64,000 bases of DNA from an uncultured virus (IMG/VR IMGVR_UViG_2667527966_000006) (taxonomy: Duplodnaviria > Heunggongvirae > Uroviricota > Caudoviricetes): IMG/VR virus record IMGVR_UViG_2667527966_000006; one strand, 5' to 3'. The notes beneath the pieces are model-generated. The model worked only from the letters and a program-made list of their open reading frames with translations, made no database searches and was not told where the DNA came from. This document shows, one piece after another, positions 37,450-47,771 of this stretch. The translations under genes and the position numbers were made by a program. How positions within the stretch are numbered: position 1 is the first letter of the stretch; every line of letters begins with the position of its first letter.

Positions 37450-37665
37450 TTAGCTCAACGTAACTACGTTTGAAGCAGCAGGGCCTTTAGCACCGTTCTC
37501 AATAGAGAACTCAACTTTTTGGCCTTCTTCCAGGGTACGGAAGTTGTTGCTCTGGATGGCAGAGAAATGTACGAACACGTCTTTGCTGCCGTCTGCTGGG
37601 GTAATAAAACCGAAGCCTTTATCAGCGTTAAACCATTTTACTAAACCAGTCATTTTGTTAGACAT
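37450..37665 (-). CDS. CspA-family cold-shock protein (CspB/CspG-like)
   Basis: [36 protein letters not shown] (RNP1/RNP2). Confidence 0.95.
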   Translation of the reverse strand: MSNKMTGLVKWFNADKGFGFITPADGSKDVFVHFSAIQSNNFRTLEEGQKVEFSIENGAKGPAASNVVTLS

Positions 37666-37875
37666 AGAGATTACCTTCATTATTTGAGAGCCACACAACG
37701 CGGCGAAATTGGTCTGAGAGATTGGTACTTACTTGGGCACTTAGGAGGAGACTCACGGAGAAGGGTAATCTTTGGATAACACCTGAACTTCGGACTGCTT
37801 TACTAAAACTGCTTTCATAAGGTCTGTCTTGCAAACCGACGCAATCATTAACGCATGGCCTTTCTGTTTGTGCAA
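37666..37875 (-). promoter_or_regulatory. cspA/cspB-type promoter and long 5' UTR (cold-responsive leader)
   Basis: TTGCAC-17 bp-GTTAAT on the minus strand, then CGTCGGTTTG...AGTTTTAGTAAAGCAGT..TTCAGGTGTTAT resembling the E. coli cspB leader. Confidence 0.7.
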
Positions 37876-38014
37876 CATTTATTTTCCTTTTCACAGCGTC
37901 GCCACATAAACGTCTCTACCCAACCTACCCCCTCTCATCTTCACGACACATTCTCCACCAGCTGATTTCTTCATGGTACTATTGATATAAATTAGTAAGT
38001 GGATACATAACAAA

Positions 38015-38446
38015 ATGAGCACCGAAATTTACGAAAAAATCATGACCGATCTGGAGTTCGATCGCGACAATCTGGAAGAGGTTTGGCGGCAGCAACCGAG
38101 GCTGTTGATGGAGTACGGCGCAAGACTAGCGCGCGCGGAACGAGAGGTTGCAGATGCTAAACTATCCCTCGATGCCATAGAGGCAAAAATTTACGACATT
38201 GAACGTAAGAACTTGAGTATGAACGGAATAAAGTTCAATGAATCAGTACTGGAAGCTAAGGTTCGCACAAGCCCACAATACCTTGCGAAGCGCCAAAAAC
38301 TGGATGACGCACGTCTGATCGCTGACATCTATAAGCACGCTGTCACCGCCTTCTCTCACCGTAGAGACATGATCGTGCAGGCCTCGAAAATGGCCATCGT
38401 AGAGATTGAACGACTGGGTGCCGAACGCTACGCACCCACCCGATAA
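38015..38446 (+). CDS. UvsY-like recombination mediator (putative)
   Basis: Helical 143-aa protein heading the SSB-exonuclease-recA operon; T4-like context. Confidence 0.5.
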   Translation: MSTEIYEKIMTDLEFDRDNLEEVWRQQPRLLMEYGARLARAEREVADAKLSLDAIEAKIYDIERKNLSMNGIKFNESVLEAKVRTSPQYLAKRQKLDDARLIADIYKHAVTAFSHRRDMIVQASKMAIVEIERLGAERYAPTR

Positions 38447-38565
38447 TTTTTGATAGATAGTAAGTAAGTACTGATCTATTATTATGTACGCTTTTAAGAG
38501 CCACGAACAAGCGAATGCCCCAAGCGCAAAGCGCCCATGGCCATAATCACAACAAGGAGAAATAC

Positions 38566-39573
38566 ATGTCTAAGTCATTACTTGATCTGCTTAACAAGAC
38601 CCGCGGCGATATTGCTTCCAAACGAGGCAACAACGTCGACCTAACCCGTCTGAAAGACGGTAATAACTATCTGCGCATCTTCCCCAACAAGGAGGATCAG
38701 AACGGTGTGTTCTTCCAGACTTTCGGTATGCACTACGTTAAGCATCAGAATGAGGAGGGCAAAGAAGTTACCACTGCCTATATCTGCGAACAGCACACCC
38801 ACAATCGTGCGTGCCAGCTGTGTGAGATGGTGATGGAAGGTCGCGCTCGCTACAAAGGCAACAAGGCAATGGAAGAGCGTATCGGTCAAATGCGCGCTAC
38901 TCCACGCTACCTGGTCAATGGCGTACTTTCAGCTCGTGAAGACTTTGGCGACGCAGAAAAATGTCAGCTGATTGAGCTCCCGTCCACTGTGTTCGACGAT
39001 ATCTGCAAAGTGATGTCTGAGGATATCGCAGATGATATCGGCAACCCGTTAAGCAAAGAAGAAGGCTATGCGTTCCTGATCAAACGCACCGGCTCCGGTC
39101 GCGATACCAAGTACGACGTATCCCCAAAACGTAAAGTCTACAAGGGCGATATCCCTGAAAAACTGTGGTCGACCCAGCATGACCTGATCGCTTACGCCAA
39201 TCAGGCTGATGAAACTCGTCTGCTGTCCACCGTTCGCACCATGGGGCGTCTCATTGGTATTGCTGCACCTGCCGCCGCCACCGCTGCTATTTCCTCACCA
39301 GCTGCTGCCAGCGCAGCTACTCTGCCTGGTTTTGGCACCATCACTGGCCATACGGAAGGTGCAGCCGCTGTAGCCACGACCTCTACCCCGGAACCAGCAA
39401 AAACATCTCTGGTAGACGAAGAGATCTTACGTGCCGCAGAGGCAGAGTTCGTACCAGAGCCGGAAGAAGTTAAAGCATCAGCCGCTGCCGCCACTACCAC
39501 TGCGGCCGCGACCAGCACCTCTAATGACGATGAAGGTCTTGACGATCTGCTGGCGGAATTAGAATCGCTTTAA
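38566..39573 (+). CDS. Single-stranded DNA-binding protein (T4 gp32-like)
   Basis: 'LRIFP', 'H', 'C....C.LC', 'G..F.IKR.G....T.Y' and acidic tail 'DDEGLDDLLAELESL'. Confidence 0.72.
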   Translation: MSKSLLDLLNKTRGDIASKRGNNVDLTRLKDGNNYLRIFPNKEDQNGVFFQTFGMHYVKHQNEEGKEVTTAYICEQHTHNRACQLCEMVMEGRARYKGNKAMEERIGQMRATPRYLVNGVLSAREDFGDAEKCQLIELPSTVFDDICKVMSEDIADDIGNPLSKEEGYAFLIKRTGSGRDTKYDVSPKRKVYKGDIPEKLWSTQHDLIAYANQADETRLLSTVRTMGRLIGIAAPAAATAAISSPAAASAATLPGFGTITGHTEGAAAVATTSTPEPAKTSLVDEEILRAAEAEFVPEPEEVKASAAAATTTAAATSTSNDDEGLDDLLAELESL

Positions 39574-39633
39574 TCCCAGGCCATGACTGTTAAGGCGTCT
39601 ACGGACGCCTTACTTTTTGGAAGGAGTTTTACG

Positions 39634-40578
39634 GTGAATTATCTCTTAGTGGATGGTAACAGCCTGGGCTATTACCACCAGCAATCTGACAAATTACATA
39701 ACGGCGAAATGGAAGTTCAGGCGGTGTTTGGCTTCGTCAAAAACGTTCGTCGCTATGCTTCTATTCTTCACGCTCGCCCCATGATCCTGTGGGACGGCTT
39801 TAGCGACAAGCGTCGCGACTATTACCCGGATTACAAAGCAAATCGCGATGAAGATCCGGAAATGAAGAAGATGAAAGAAGGCTTTTCAGTCCAGAAGCCT
39901 TACATCCTGAAAATGATGGCAGCCCTTGGCGTCAACCAGCTGATCGCCAAAGACGCCGAGGCCGATGACCTGGCGGGGATGCTGGTTGGTCGTCTTGCGC
40001 CACAACCAACGGTCGATCATATCTACCTGCTCACCGGCGACGGCGACTGGCTGCAGCTGGTTCGAGAAAAAGTCAGCTGGGTGAGCCTTCGTGAAGACGC
40101 CAAACACAAGCAGGTGAACTTTGAGCAGTTCCCAGAGCTGATCGGCCTGCCTACTCCTCGTGCTTTCCTCGAAGCCAAAGCTCTGCAAGGGGATACCTCC
40201 GACAACATCAAAGGTGTAGGCGGAATTGGTGACGGCGGCGCCAAGGAGCTGCTGCACGAATGGGGAAGCGTCGCCGCTATGGTGCGCGGCATTAACGACG
40301 GCTCGATCGTCATCAATAAAGGCCGATACAAAACGGCATTCAACAAACTGGCCAAAAATGCCTTCAACGAGAAGACCGGCTGCCGGATGCTGGAAGCCTT
40401 CAAGCGCAACATGACGCTGATGAACCTCATCGATACCAAGTTCCCACCCAGCGAAATCGAAAAGATAAAAGGCGCACGTGATTTGAAAGCCTTTGAACTG
40501 CTCTGCCATGAGCTGAACTTCCGGTCATTCCTGGAAGATCTGGACGTGTTCGTTTTGCCTTTTGAGAGGTACTGCTGA
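39634..40578 (+). CDS. 5'-3' exonuclease/flap endonuclease
   Basis: 'LVDGN', 'YKANR', 'EADD', 'GDGDWLQL' and 'GD.SDNI.GV.GIG'; GTG start after AAGGAG. Confidence 0.9.
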   Translation: MNYLLVDGNSLGYYHQQSDKLHNGEMEVQAVFGFVKNVRRYASILHARPMILWDGFSDKRRDYYPDYKANRDEDPEMKKMKEGFSVQKPYILKMMAALGVNQLIAKDAEADDLAGMLVGRLAPQPTVDHIYLLTGDGDWLQLVREKVSWVSLREDAKHKQVNFEQFPELIGLPTPRAFLEAKALQGDTSDNIKGVGGIGDGGAKELLHEWGSVAAMVRGINDGSIVINKGRYKTAFNKLAKNAFNEKTGCRMLEAFKRNMTLMNLIDTKFPPSEIEKIKGARDLKAFELLCHELNFRSFLEDLDVFVLPFERYC

Positions 40579-40844
40579 TGTTGAAATCACTCATCAACGG
40601 CAATACGACCACGCCTACGATGCTGGCTAAGGAGATTGTCTTCTTCCATGGAGAACATGCCGTTGTTGCGCTACCGCGCATTCTCGGCGCGGCCGGCATG
40701 AGCGTGACAGAGCGAGAGTACGGGCTGATTAGCGAACAGGTCGTCAAGATCCTCTCTCGTATGGCCAAACACCTCAACCACGACGCAATAAAGTTTGATG
40801 AAGCCGCCGCTTCCAAACGCATCAACGAGACAAAAGGAGCCTAA
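40578..40844 (+). CDS. Hypothetical protein
   Basis: Coupled ORF between exonuclease and recA. Confidence 0.6.
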   Translation: MLKSLINGNTTTPTMLAKEIVFFHGEHAVVALPRILGAAGMSVTEREYGLISEQVVKILSRMAKHLNHDAIKFDEAAASKRINETKGA

Positions 40845-40846
40845 GA

Positions 40847-41923
40847 ATGGCAAAAGGAAAATCAGCACTGGCAATGGCATTAAAAAAGAAAATCGGCAGC
40901 AATGACGAGATCCAAAAGGTTTCACACTGGATTGATTCCGGCTTCCCTCCGCTGAATAAAGCCATCTCCGGGCGCTATGACGGCGGTTTCCCAAGCGGAC
41001 GTATCGTTGAGATCTTTGGGCCGCCAAGTGCTGGTAAAACCTTCCTGGCGACGGCCGCCATGGTCTCCGCTCAGAAACAGGAGGGTCTGGCTGTATTCCT
41101 CGACCACGAAAACAGCTTTGACGTTGGTCTGGCGGTGGCAAACGGGCTGAATGCGGATGAGGATGACGGCCAGTGGGTCTATAAGCAGCCGGACACGTTC
41201 GAAGAATCGGTTGAGCTGATCGGCACCATCCTGAAACTGGTGCGGGACGAAGAGCTGATCCCCGCAGACGCCCCTATTTGCATCGTAGCCGACTCCCTTG
41301 CGTCAATGGTGCCAAACTCCAAAGCCGAGAAGTTCGACAAAATGGCGGAAGGTACAGCGAAGGATAAAGATCAGCTAAACATGAACGACAATACGGCCCT
41401 GGCTCGTGCTACGAGCGCCAACTTTCCGACGCTGGCGCTCTGGGCGCGCAAGTACAATGCCTGCATTATTTTCCTTAACCAGGTTCGTACAAAAATCGGC
41501 GTGATGTTTGGCGATCCAACCACCTCCCCTGGTGGTGATTCTCCGAAGTTCTACGCCTCAGTACGTATTCGTCTTGGCGCTTCTGTCATGAAGGATGGCA
41601 AAGATAAGATCGGTCAGGACGTTGGCGCCGAGTGCATCAAAAACAAAGTGGCACCGCCATTCGGCAAATGCTCATGGAAATTCTACTTCGACCCGACCCG
41701 CGGTCTGGACGTTATCGAGTCACTGGTTGAGCACATGCTCGAAGAAGGATACCTGCCAAAGAATGCCAGCGGCCGCGTAGAGATTGGCGACAAGAAGTAC
41801 ACCAAATCGCAGATCGTCGATATGTATCGTGATAAGCCCCTTCCGGAGATCATTGCGGCGCTACAGGCGATCGACGAACGTCGAGCTAAAGAGTCTGCTT
41901 CAGCCGAAACAGAAGAAGCGTAA
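40847..41923 (+). CDS. recA: RecA/UvsX-family recombinase
   Basis: 'GRIVEIFGPPSAGKT', 'DHE', 'IFLNQVRTKIGVMFGDP.T.PGG', 'FYAS.R' and 'KNKVAPPF'. Confidence 0.93.
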   Translation: MAKGKSALAMALKKKIGSNDEIQKVSHWIDSGFPPLNKAISGRYDGGFPSGRIVEIFGPPSAGKTFLATAAMVSAQKQEGLAVFLDHENSFDVGLAVANGLNADEDDGQWVYKQPDTFEESVELIGTILKLVRDEELIPADAPICIVADSLASMVPNSKAEKFDKMAEGTAKDKDQLNMNDNTALARATSANFPTLALWARKYNACIIFLNQVRTKIGVMFGDPTTSPGGDSPKFYASVRIRLGASVMKDGKDKIGQDVGAECIKNKVAPPFGKCSWKFYFDPTRGLDVIESLVEHMLEEGYLPKNASGRVEIGDKKYTKSQIVDMYRDKPLPEIIAALQAIDERRAKESASAETEEA

Positions 41924-42093
41924 TCACAGGGCGTCCATTGGACGCCTTTATATTTTGTTTATTATCACCAATAAGAAAACAACTTGGTTACTAATATGAA
42001 ATTAATCCCAATTCCAACGTCAAATGTGACAGTGCCACGTAGTTACCAGGTAGCCATCGTAGACGCCTGGTGGCTGGTGAAGGAAGAATCAAA

Positions 42094-42270
42094 GTGAAGA
42101 GGCTCTGGGATGCGGCCAATGCCGCGCTCGATGTTATCGACGCAGAAATCGCCCAAGGCTTACCTGAGCCTGAATGGGCCGCTCAGCTGCGCGAGGTCAT
42201 TGCTCTAATAGATGAGCCATCACCTGAACAGGACGATTGCTCCCCTTATCTCGATCTGAATAATAAGTAA
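42094..42270 (+). CDS. Small hypothetical protein
   Basis: GTG overlaps the stop of a 33-aa ORF (41996-42097). Confidence 0.4.
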   Translation: MKRLWDAANAALDVIDAEIAQGLPEPEWAAQLREVIALIDEPSPEQDDCSPYLDLNNK

Positions 42271-42456
42271 GTACATACACCACAAAGGAGAAACACATGA
42301 GAATATTAGTTTGGATATCTGCCAGTACTGAAAGTGATGCTTAGCCACTGCTTATGGTGAATGGCTCTGGACTGGCCATCTTTAGGGAGTTTCAGGCCTT
42401 AGCGCTCTTCCGGAGCCATTTACAGCTCAAAATAGATAAGTTAGTATTTACCTATT

Positions 42457-42636
42457 ATGAAGATATACATAGATATCCTGTTACTCATCTTTTCAATACT
42501 GTTTATGTTGGACTGCCTGATGATCGGGACACTCAAGAAAGCTCTGTCTCCTGTCAACGGAACCACTGTGAACATGCTCGCACTGGTGCTGGTCGTCACC
42601 TCTACAGCACAGGTCTACACAGAGATAGTGGTATGA
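42457..42636 (+). CDS. Small two-TM membrane protein (59 aa)
   Basis: MKIYIDILLLIFSILFMLDCL...MLALVLVVTS; stop overlaps the next ATG. Confidence 0.5.
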   Translation: MKIYIDILLLIFSILFMLDCLMIGTLKKALSPVNGTTVNMLALVLVVTSTAQVYTEIVV

Positions 42637-42968
42637 GAAAAATAACGCTACTGCTGGCCGCCCTATCCTTCTCTCTGCTGGCGGATACCCGAATTTACCA
42701 ATGCGATATGACCGTATCGCAGGTGAAAAATGATCAAATCAGCAGACCTACTAAAGCTGACTTCGGCGCGCTGGTCGTTGATAGCGGAGATCAGTTCTAT
42801 GTCGTCCGCGGCGATGAGGTTCTCTCATCTCCATATCTGGCTAAACGCAACGGTAAACTGGTTGGCGTTGGCGAGGACAAGCTTATCTACAACAAATCCC
42901 ACGACGTCTACGGCGTTCATAGCAAAAACCAAAGTTTCTTTTTCGACGGATGTAAGGAGGTTGGTTAA
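42633..42968 (+). CDS. Exported protein with signal peptide
   Basis: MRKITLLLAALSFSLLA signal; two Cys. Confidence 0.65.
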   Translation: MRKITLLLAALSFSLLADTRIYQCDMTVSQVKNDQISRPTKADFGALVVDSGDQFYVVRGDEVLSSPYLAKRNGKLVGVGEDKLIYNKSHDVYGVHSKNQSFFFDGCKEVG

Positions 42969-43180
42969 TGGCTCTCACAATGACTGGTCTTGAGATTGAG
43001 AAAACAAGCGGCTACTGGAGAGCGAAAGGCTTCAGAAAACCGGACATGCTGGAGCGTCTGGAACGTGAAGACGGTTACATCATCCACCAGCGTCGGGAAT
43101 GGCGCATGTTTGATCCTGAAACCGGGAAACTCACATCGAAAGCACAAACGCTTTGGGGTTTGCTCAAGCAGATTCACTAA
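42968..43180 (+). CDS. Small hypothetical protein
   Basis: Coupled ORF with AAGGAGG RBS. Confidence 0.6.
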   Translation: MALTMTGLEIEKTSGYWRAKGFRKPDMLERLEREDGYIIHQRREWRMFDPETGKLTSKAQTLWGLLKQIH

Positions 43181-43364
43181 CCGATGTTTCTGCAGCGCGT
43201 TTTAAGTGTGACGGAATAACATTTGTTAGTAACCACTAACCTAGCATTCATGCGGGTTAGCAGGTTAGTGACCACTGGGGAAGCCATATTGTTATCTACA
43301 CGGGCCTGGCGCAAATCAACGACTGCGTCGTCCGTTTTCAGGATATCTAATTCAGTGCTGAATT

Positions 43365-43631
43365 ACCGCTCACAGCATACGTTGCCAGTGAATTACCGCT
43401 GGCAGCATACCTTGTACCGTTCACAGCATACGTTTTACCGCTGACAGCATATCTTTCACCGCTGACAGCATACATTCATAGGGCAACAGTTGCTCTTAGA
43501 CGTTAGCCATGTCGATTTATAAAGACCGCAGATAGTGGAAATGTACCGCTGACAGCATACTTTTTACCGCTGACAGCATACATTGAGACAAAAGAACCGC
43601 TGACAGCATATGTTGAACCGCTGACAGCGTA
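43365..43631. repeat. Copy-control iteron array (9 copies of ACCGCTGACAGCATA) downstream of repA
   Basis: Copies at 43365, 43395, 43416, 43437, 43458, 43545, 43566, 43596 and 43617. Confidence 0.88.
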
Positions 43632-44729
43632 TCAAAGCAACTTGAGGCTATTGGTGAGTATCTCGATCAGCTTGATATTCTCTGGCGTCAGGTTCTGCGA
43701 CAGCTCAGAAATTTTGTTTTTGAGGTTCTGTTTCGCATCAATTTCACCCTTCGCTTCTTCTGCCTGCTTAGGCGCCTCTGGCTTCTCGGGTTTGCTCGAT
43801 GTGACTTTCAGTTTTGGGTTACGACTGTGGATCTGGATGTAGACAGAACGGCCACGCTTAACCTCGCTATATTCGAGATAGCCCAGCTCTTGCAGTGACT
43901 TCAATCCGTTCCTGATAGTCTGGTTTTGCGAGCTGACGTTGCGCGTGCTCAGATTGAGCCTGGCGCGCAGCCGGGCAAGAGATACCGGTGCCGGCTTAGG
44001 AGGAAGACTTTCGATGAAAGTATACAGCGCCTGTGCCGTCTCTTTGCGCGGGAGCTTGTTGATGACCTTCAACTGCAGCAGAACTTTGTGGTCAAAGCGA
44101 TAGAGCTCAGACAGCTTAGGTTCAGCATAAAAGACAATGGAGTCTTTCTTCTCGTTGTAATCAACGCTGTTTATGAGGTGAACCATCAACAGGGATATCT
44201 TGTTGGTGTCGTCGACGTTCTTCTCTTCATGAGTGCGCTGGAACGACAACGTCGTGCGCATGATCTTGAGCAGGCTGTTTGTCAGGCGGTCTCGCAGGGT
44301 CTTGCGGATCTGCGAGGACGGGTAGCCGCAGAACTTGGCGAACTTCGTGATGCTCAGCTCTACGCGCCCTGTTGGCTCGCCGTATTCAGCCAGAGAGCGA
44401 ACAACACCAACCCAGGTTTTGAAGTCATGATCCATATCCAGCCGCGGACCGGTGATTTTAATGTTTGAATAACCCTCTGACCGCGCGACTTCAAGCTGGA
44501 CAAGCTCCCTGGATGCGTCGATCATGTTGGACTTGTTGCGAGAGCTATTCTTCGTTCCCTTGAGCGTTGGAACAAAGAGGCCAAGGCGCATTAAAGCGAT
44601 TGGCTGCACCGTATTGTTGCTGTTAGGAACTAAGTCACCTGTGTACAAATTGAGAGCATCTTCCTCAAGAATTTCGTTATCTTCAGGTATTTCTTTGATT
44701 TCACTCTCTTTTTTATTTTTTGTGGACAT
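43632..44729 (-). CDS. repA: Plasmid replication initiator, IncFIB/P1 RepA family
   Basis: 'NNTVQPIALMRLGLFVPTLK' and 'GPRLDMDHDFKTW.G' motifs; flanked by iterons; AAGG RBS before ATG 44729. Confidence 0.92.
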   Translation of the reverse strand: MSTKNKKESEIKEIPEDNEILEEDALNLYTGDLVPNSNNTVQPIALMRLGLFVPTLKGTKNSSRNKSNMIDASRELVQLEVARSEGYSNIKITGPRLDMDHDFKTWVGVVRSLAEYGEPTGRVELSITKFAKFCGYPSSQIRKTLRDRLTNSLLKIMRTTLSFQRTHEEKNVDDTNKISLLMVHLINSVDYNEKKDSIVFYAEPKLSELYRFDHKVLLQLKVINKLPRKETAQALYTFIESLPPKPAPVSLARLRARLNLSTRNVSSQNQTIRNGLKSLQELGYLEYSEVKRGRSVYIQIHSRNPKLKVTSSKPEKPEAPKQAEEAKGEIDAKQNLKNKISELSQNLTPENIKLIEILTNSLKLL

Positions 44730-44749
44730 GTGGATACCTTTTGGTTCTA

Positions 44750-44972
44750 ACCGCTGACAGCATACGTCAATTACCGCTGATAGCATACACAAAACCGTTG
44801 GCAGCATATACCGTACCGCTGACAGCATATCGTTTACCGCTGACAGCATACACGGATCAGTCCTTAGCCCAGGCGTGGCGCGGCCTGCGGCGATCGGGGA
44901 TCTCTTTGGATCTATATGGGGATCTGTATAGGGATCTTATTATTGGGATCTAACCAGTGGATAAGTGGATAA
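44750..44972. other. Plasmid origin: 5 iterons (21-23 bp period), GATC cluster, tandem DnaA-box-like GTGGATAA
   Basis: Iterons at 44750, 44773, 44794, 44815 and 44836; GGATC repeats 44855-44950; GTGGATAA twice at 44957-44972; P1 oriR-like layout. Confidence 0.85.
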
Positions 44973-45049
44973 GTAAAACAGGCATTTGCGATTACAGGTG
45001 TGCCTAGTAAGCTATCGTGGTTCCGGTCAATAATCACTAAAACGAGAAC

Positions 45050-45694
45050 ATGGACTTAAAACGCACACGTTGGGTACGCCGTCTGGAAGACGGAACCTAC
45101 ACCATAGAATCAAACTCCACACTGAGCAACGAGAAGGTTCTCTGCAGCCTGTGTGGCATAGCCTCGAAGTGCAACATCAACGAGACCCGACTCAAGTTGC
45201 GTGACGCCGGCGTTAACTTCCACCTGAACAGCTGTGCCAGATACGTACCGCTGCTGGCATTTCGAAAACCGATCATCGGTCTGGATACCCCCTACTTCAA
45301 CACTATGCGTTCAGGCGTTACCTGGCGTGACAGATTGACCGAGGGGAAAATTGTCTGCCTGGTTGAAGCTGATACTGCGAAGATCCTTCGATTCGGTGTC
45401 GTGGATAAAGTTTACTCTGGGCCAGTTGATGAGATGCTGAGAAAGCACAGTCGATTCAATCACCTCTGTATGGGCGGAGAGAAGATCGAAAAAGTGGGTG
45501 AAGTGATCCGCCGATCCTATGGCCACTTCCTGAAAGAAGACAGCCTGCTCACAGCGATTTACATCAGACACATCAAACGGGACTTTGATATCGAGTATCA
45601 CAGCGAAGAAGAACTCGATTTAGTCGACCCTCGGCCAAAAGCAGAAGTTTTTAGCATCGCAAATGCGCGTCAGAAGCTCTCTGACGAACCCTAA
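45050..45694 (+). CDS. Hypothetical protein (Cys motif; possible ASCH/PUA-like domain)
   Basis: 214-aa ORF; 'CSLC....C' and 'FNTMRSG..W'. Confidence 0.6.
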   Translation: MDLKRTRWVRRLEDGTYTIESNSTLSNEKVLCSLCGIASKCNINETRLKLRDAGVNFHLNSCARYVPLLAFRKPIIGLDTPYFNTMRSGVTWRDRLTEGKIVCLVEADTAKILRFGVVDKVYSGPVDEMLRKHSRFNHLCMGGEKIEKVGEVIRRSYGHFLKEDSLLTAIYIRHIKRDFDIEYHSEEELDLVDPRPKAEVFSIANARQKLSDEP

Positions 45695-45769
45695 GCGAAC
45701 AAAGGGGTCTTTACGCGAATACAAAATAGCGTAGCTTAGAATGCATCTGAGAAGCCAAGGGAGTGATAT

Positions 45770-46264
45770 ATGGACGATTTTTACTCAAGAGAGATTACTC
45801 TGGCTGATATGCCCTTTCTGATGCATGAATTCGAGGAAGGAGCACGTCTTGGTCACTTTACAAATGAGATCATCACGCAAGCCGGTGGGAAGAAGTTTGA
45901 AAAACAAATGCGTGAAGCCATTAAGATTCGCGACGCTAATGGTGAGTCAGGCCATTTCATCTTCATCCTGCTTCGTCGTTCAGACGATAAAAAAATTGGC
46001 CTGATCTGGTTTACTCCTGAGATTGATCCGGCTGGATATCAACGTCTTGAACTCCGTACCTTCTGTATCACCAAATCTATGCAGGGTAAAGGATATGGTT
46101 CGATGTTCCTGTCGGATATGATTGACTCAAACGCACCACTACCAATGATGGCAAAGTGTTACGTCAAATCGACAAAAATGGCTGAAATGCTTAAACGCCG
46201 AGGTTTTCACCTTGTTGATACCAGCCCCACAGGTACTCAACTGCTTTTCCGCAACCCACGCTGA
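45770..46264 (+). CDS. GNAT-family acetyltransferase
   Basis: 'FCI....QGKGYGS' acetyl-CoA motif; 'L...GF'. Confidence 0.8.
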   Translation: MDDFYSREITLADMPFLMHEFEEGARLGHFTNEIITQAGGKKFEKQMREAIKIRDANGESGHFIFILLRRSDDKKIGLIWFTPEIDPAGYQRLELRTFCITKSMQGKGYGSMFLSDMIDSNAPLPMMAKCYVKSTKMAEMLKRRGFHLVDTSPTGTQLLFRNPR

Positions 46265-46452
46265 GACCACACCTAGAGCCTAGATCTTACTTAAGGGTCT
46301 AGCTCTACCTTATAAAAATAGGTATGTACTTACTTATCTATTTTGCCATAATATCCCGCCTGTAGATTTTCTAATGTGCCGTGTTTACTTGGTTGCTGGC
46401 CTGTTTTACATGCTTAGAATCTATATCAAAATAACCACAAAGGAAAATACAC

Positions 46453-47538
46453 ATGACGTTGCCATATGGGGTGATCTCCGATCCCCATTATCACAAATGG
46501 GATTCATTCTCGACGACCGATGCAGATGGTCTCAACTCTAGGCTGGCCATTCAGCTGGAGGCCACAAAAGAAGCGGCCATAGCTATGAAAAAAGCGGGCT
46601 GCAGCCACATGCTGGTGGCCGGCGACACATTCCACGTCCGCGGAACCGTATCCCCTACCGTACTCAACTACGTCTCCGATGCCTATGAGTGGATCGTCAA
46701 AGATCTGGGGCTCAGCGTTGCTATGCTGGCCGGCAACCATGACCTGGAAACAAACGACTCTGTCTACAGCGCTAACGCCGCAGCGGCGCTGAAGTCGATT
46801 GGTGTACAGATCGTCTGCGGTCGTAAGCCACACAGCATCAAATTGGGTGACGTCACCGTCCATATGGTGAGCTGGCGAAACAACCACGCCGAGTTAATTA
46901 GCGACCTGAAAGCACTTCGTGCGCGGCTTGACGGGGATCTGCACGACGTCGTGATTCATACCGCCATCAACAAAGCTATCCCAACAATGCCTGATGTTGG
47001 CATCGATGCGCAGGAGCTGAAAGACATAGGCTTTCGCCTGGTGCTGTCCGGCCATTACCACAACCACAAGGAGGTAATCCCCGGAGTTATCAGTGTCGGC
47101 GCGCTGACGCACCAAAACTGGGGGGACGTAGGTTCGCTGGCGGGCTACATGATTGTGAACCCTGACGGCTCGTTCAGTCATTTCGAAACCTCGGCGCCGA
47201 AATTCGTAAACCTGGAAGACGATGTGGATGACAGGCAGATACACGGCAATTACGTGCGCTTCCGGGCCGTCGTCGAAAACGATGAGGAAGGCATCAAGTT
47301 GCAGAACGTCCTGAAATCCATGGGAGCGAAAGGTGTTGTATGCAACTTCATTCGCAAGGGCTCAATGATGGAGGGTACCGCCAGTACCTCAGAGACCAGC
47401 AAAATCGACAGCCTTGGCGAGTCTGTTTCTGCTTACTGCAAAATCGTTCATGACACAGACGGTGGATTTGACCTAACCAAACTGAATGCCTTGTGTCAGG
47501 AGATCCTCACCGAAGCGGAAAGTGCGGAGGCGGTGTAG
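46453..47538 (+). CDS. sbcD: Mre11/SbcD-like metallophosphoesterase nuclease
   Basis: 'SDPH', 'AGDTFH', 'GNHD' and 'SGHYH'. Confidence 0.85.
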   Translation: MTLPYGVISDPHYHKWDSFSTTDADGLNSRLAIQLEATKEAAIAMKKAGCSHMLVAGDTFHVRGTVSPTVLNYVSDAYEWIVKDLGLSVAMLAGNHDLETNDSVYSANAAAALKSIGVQIVCGRKPHSIKLGDVTVHMVSWRNNHAELISDLKALRARLDGDLHDVVIHTAINKAIPTMPDVGIDAQELKDIGFRLVLSGHYHNHKEVIPGVISVGALTHQNWGDVGSLAGYMIVNPDGSFSHFETSAPKFVNLEDDVDDRQIHGNYVRFRAVVENDEEGIKLQNVLKSMGAKGVVCNFIRKGSMMEGTASTSETSKIDSLGESVSAYCKIVHDTDGGFDLTKLNALCQEILTEAESAEAV

Positions 47539-47771
47539 TGACTTCCTCCCACAATAATTTCTGGGATTTCATCCAGATGATTAAACGGCTTGAAAGCGGG
47601 GAGCCCGTTTTATTCCAGAAGCCCTATCCGCCAGAAGGAAACCCACAGGCGTTTTACCTTGGTCAACTAACGAAACGTGGCCTCTTGTCACGCAACTCCT
47701 TCCCGGCACATACGGAATACCGCCTTCGCAAAGGGCAGAAATTGACTAAAGCAATTCGAGGCAAAGCATGA
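47538..47771 (+). CDS. Small hypothetical protein
   Basis: Coupled between sbcD and sbcC. Confidence 0.45.
   Translation: MTSSHNNFWDFIQMIKRLESGEPVLFQKPYPPEGNPQAFYLGQLTKRGLLSRNSFPAHTEYRLRKGQKLTKAIRGKA

Noticed and set aside
42354..42632. 5' part of the 204-aa ORF
   Set aside because: Overlaps an operator and a better small TM ORF; the signal peptide begins at 42633.
43365..43631. CRISPR array
   Set aside because: Repeats are 15 bp with mostly 6-15-bp gaps, match the origin iterons and flank repA; no cas genes.
44730..44849. N-terminal extension of RepA (MLSAV repeats)
   Set aside because: Artefact of translating iterons; the RBS supports ATG 44729.
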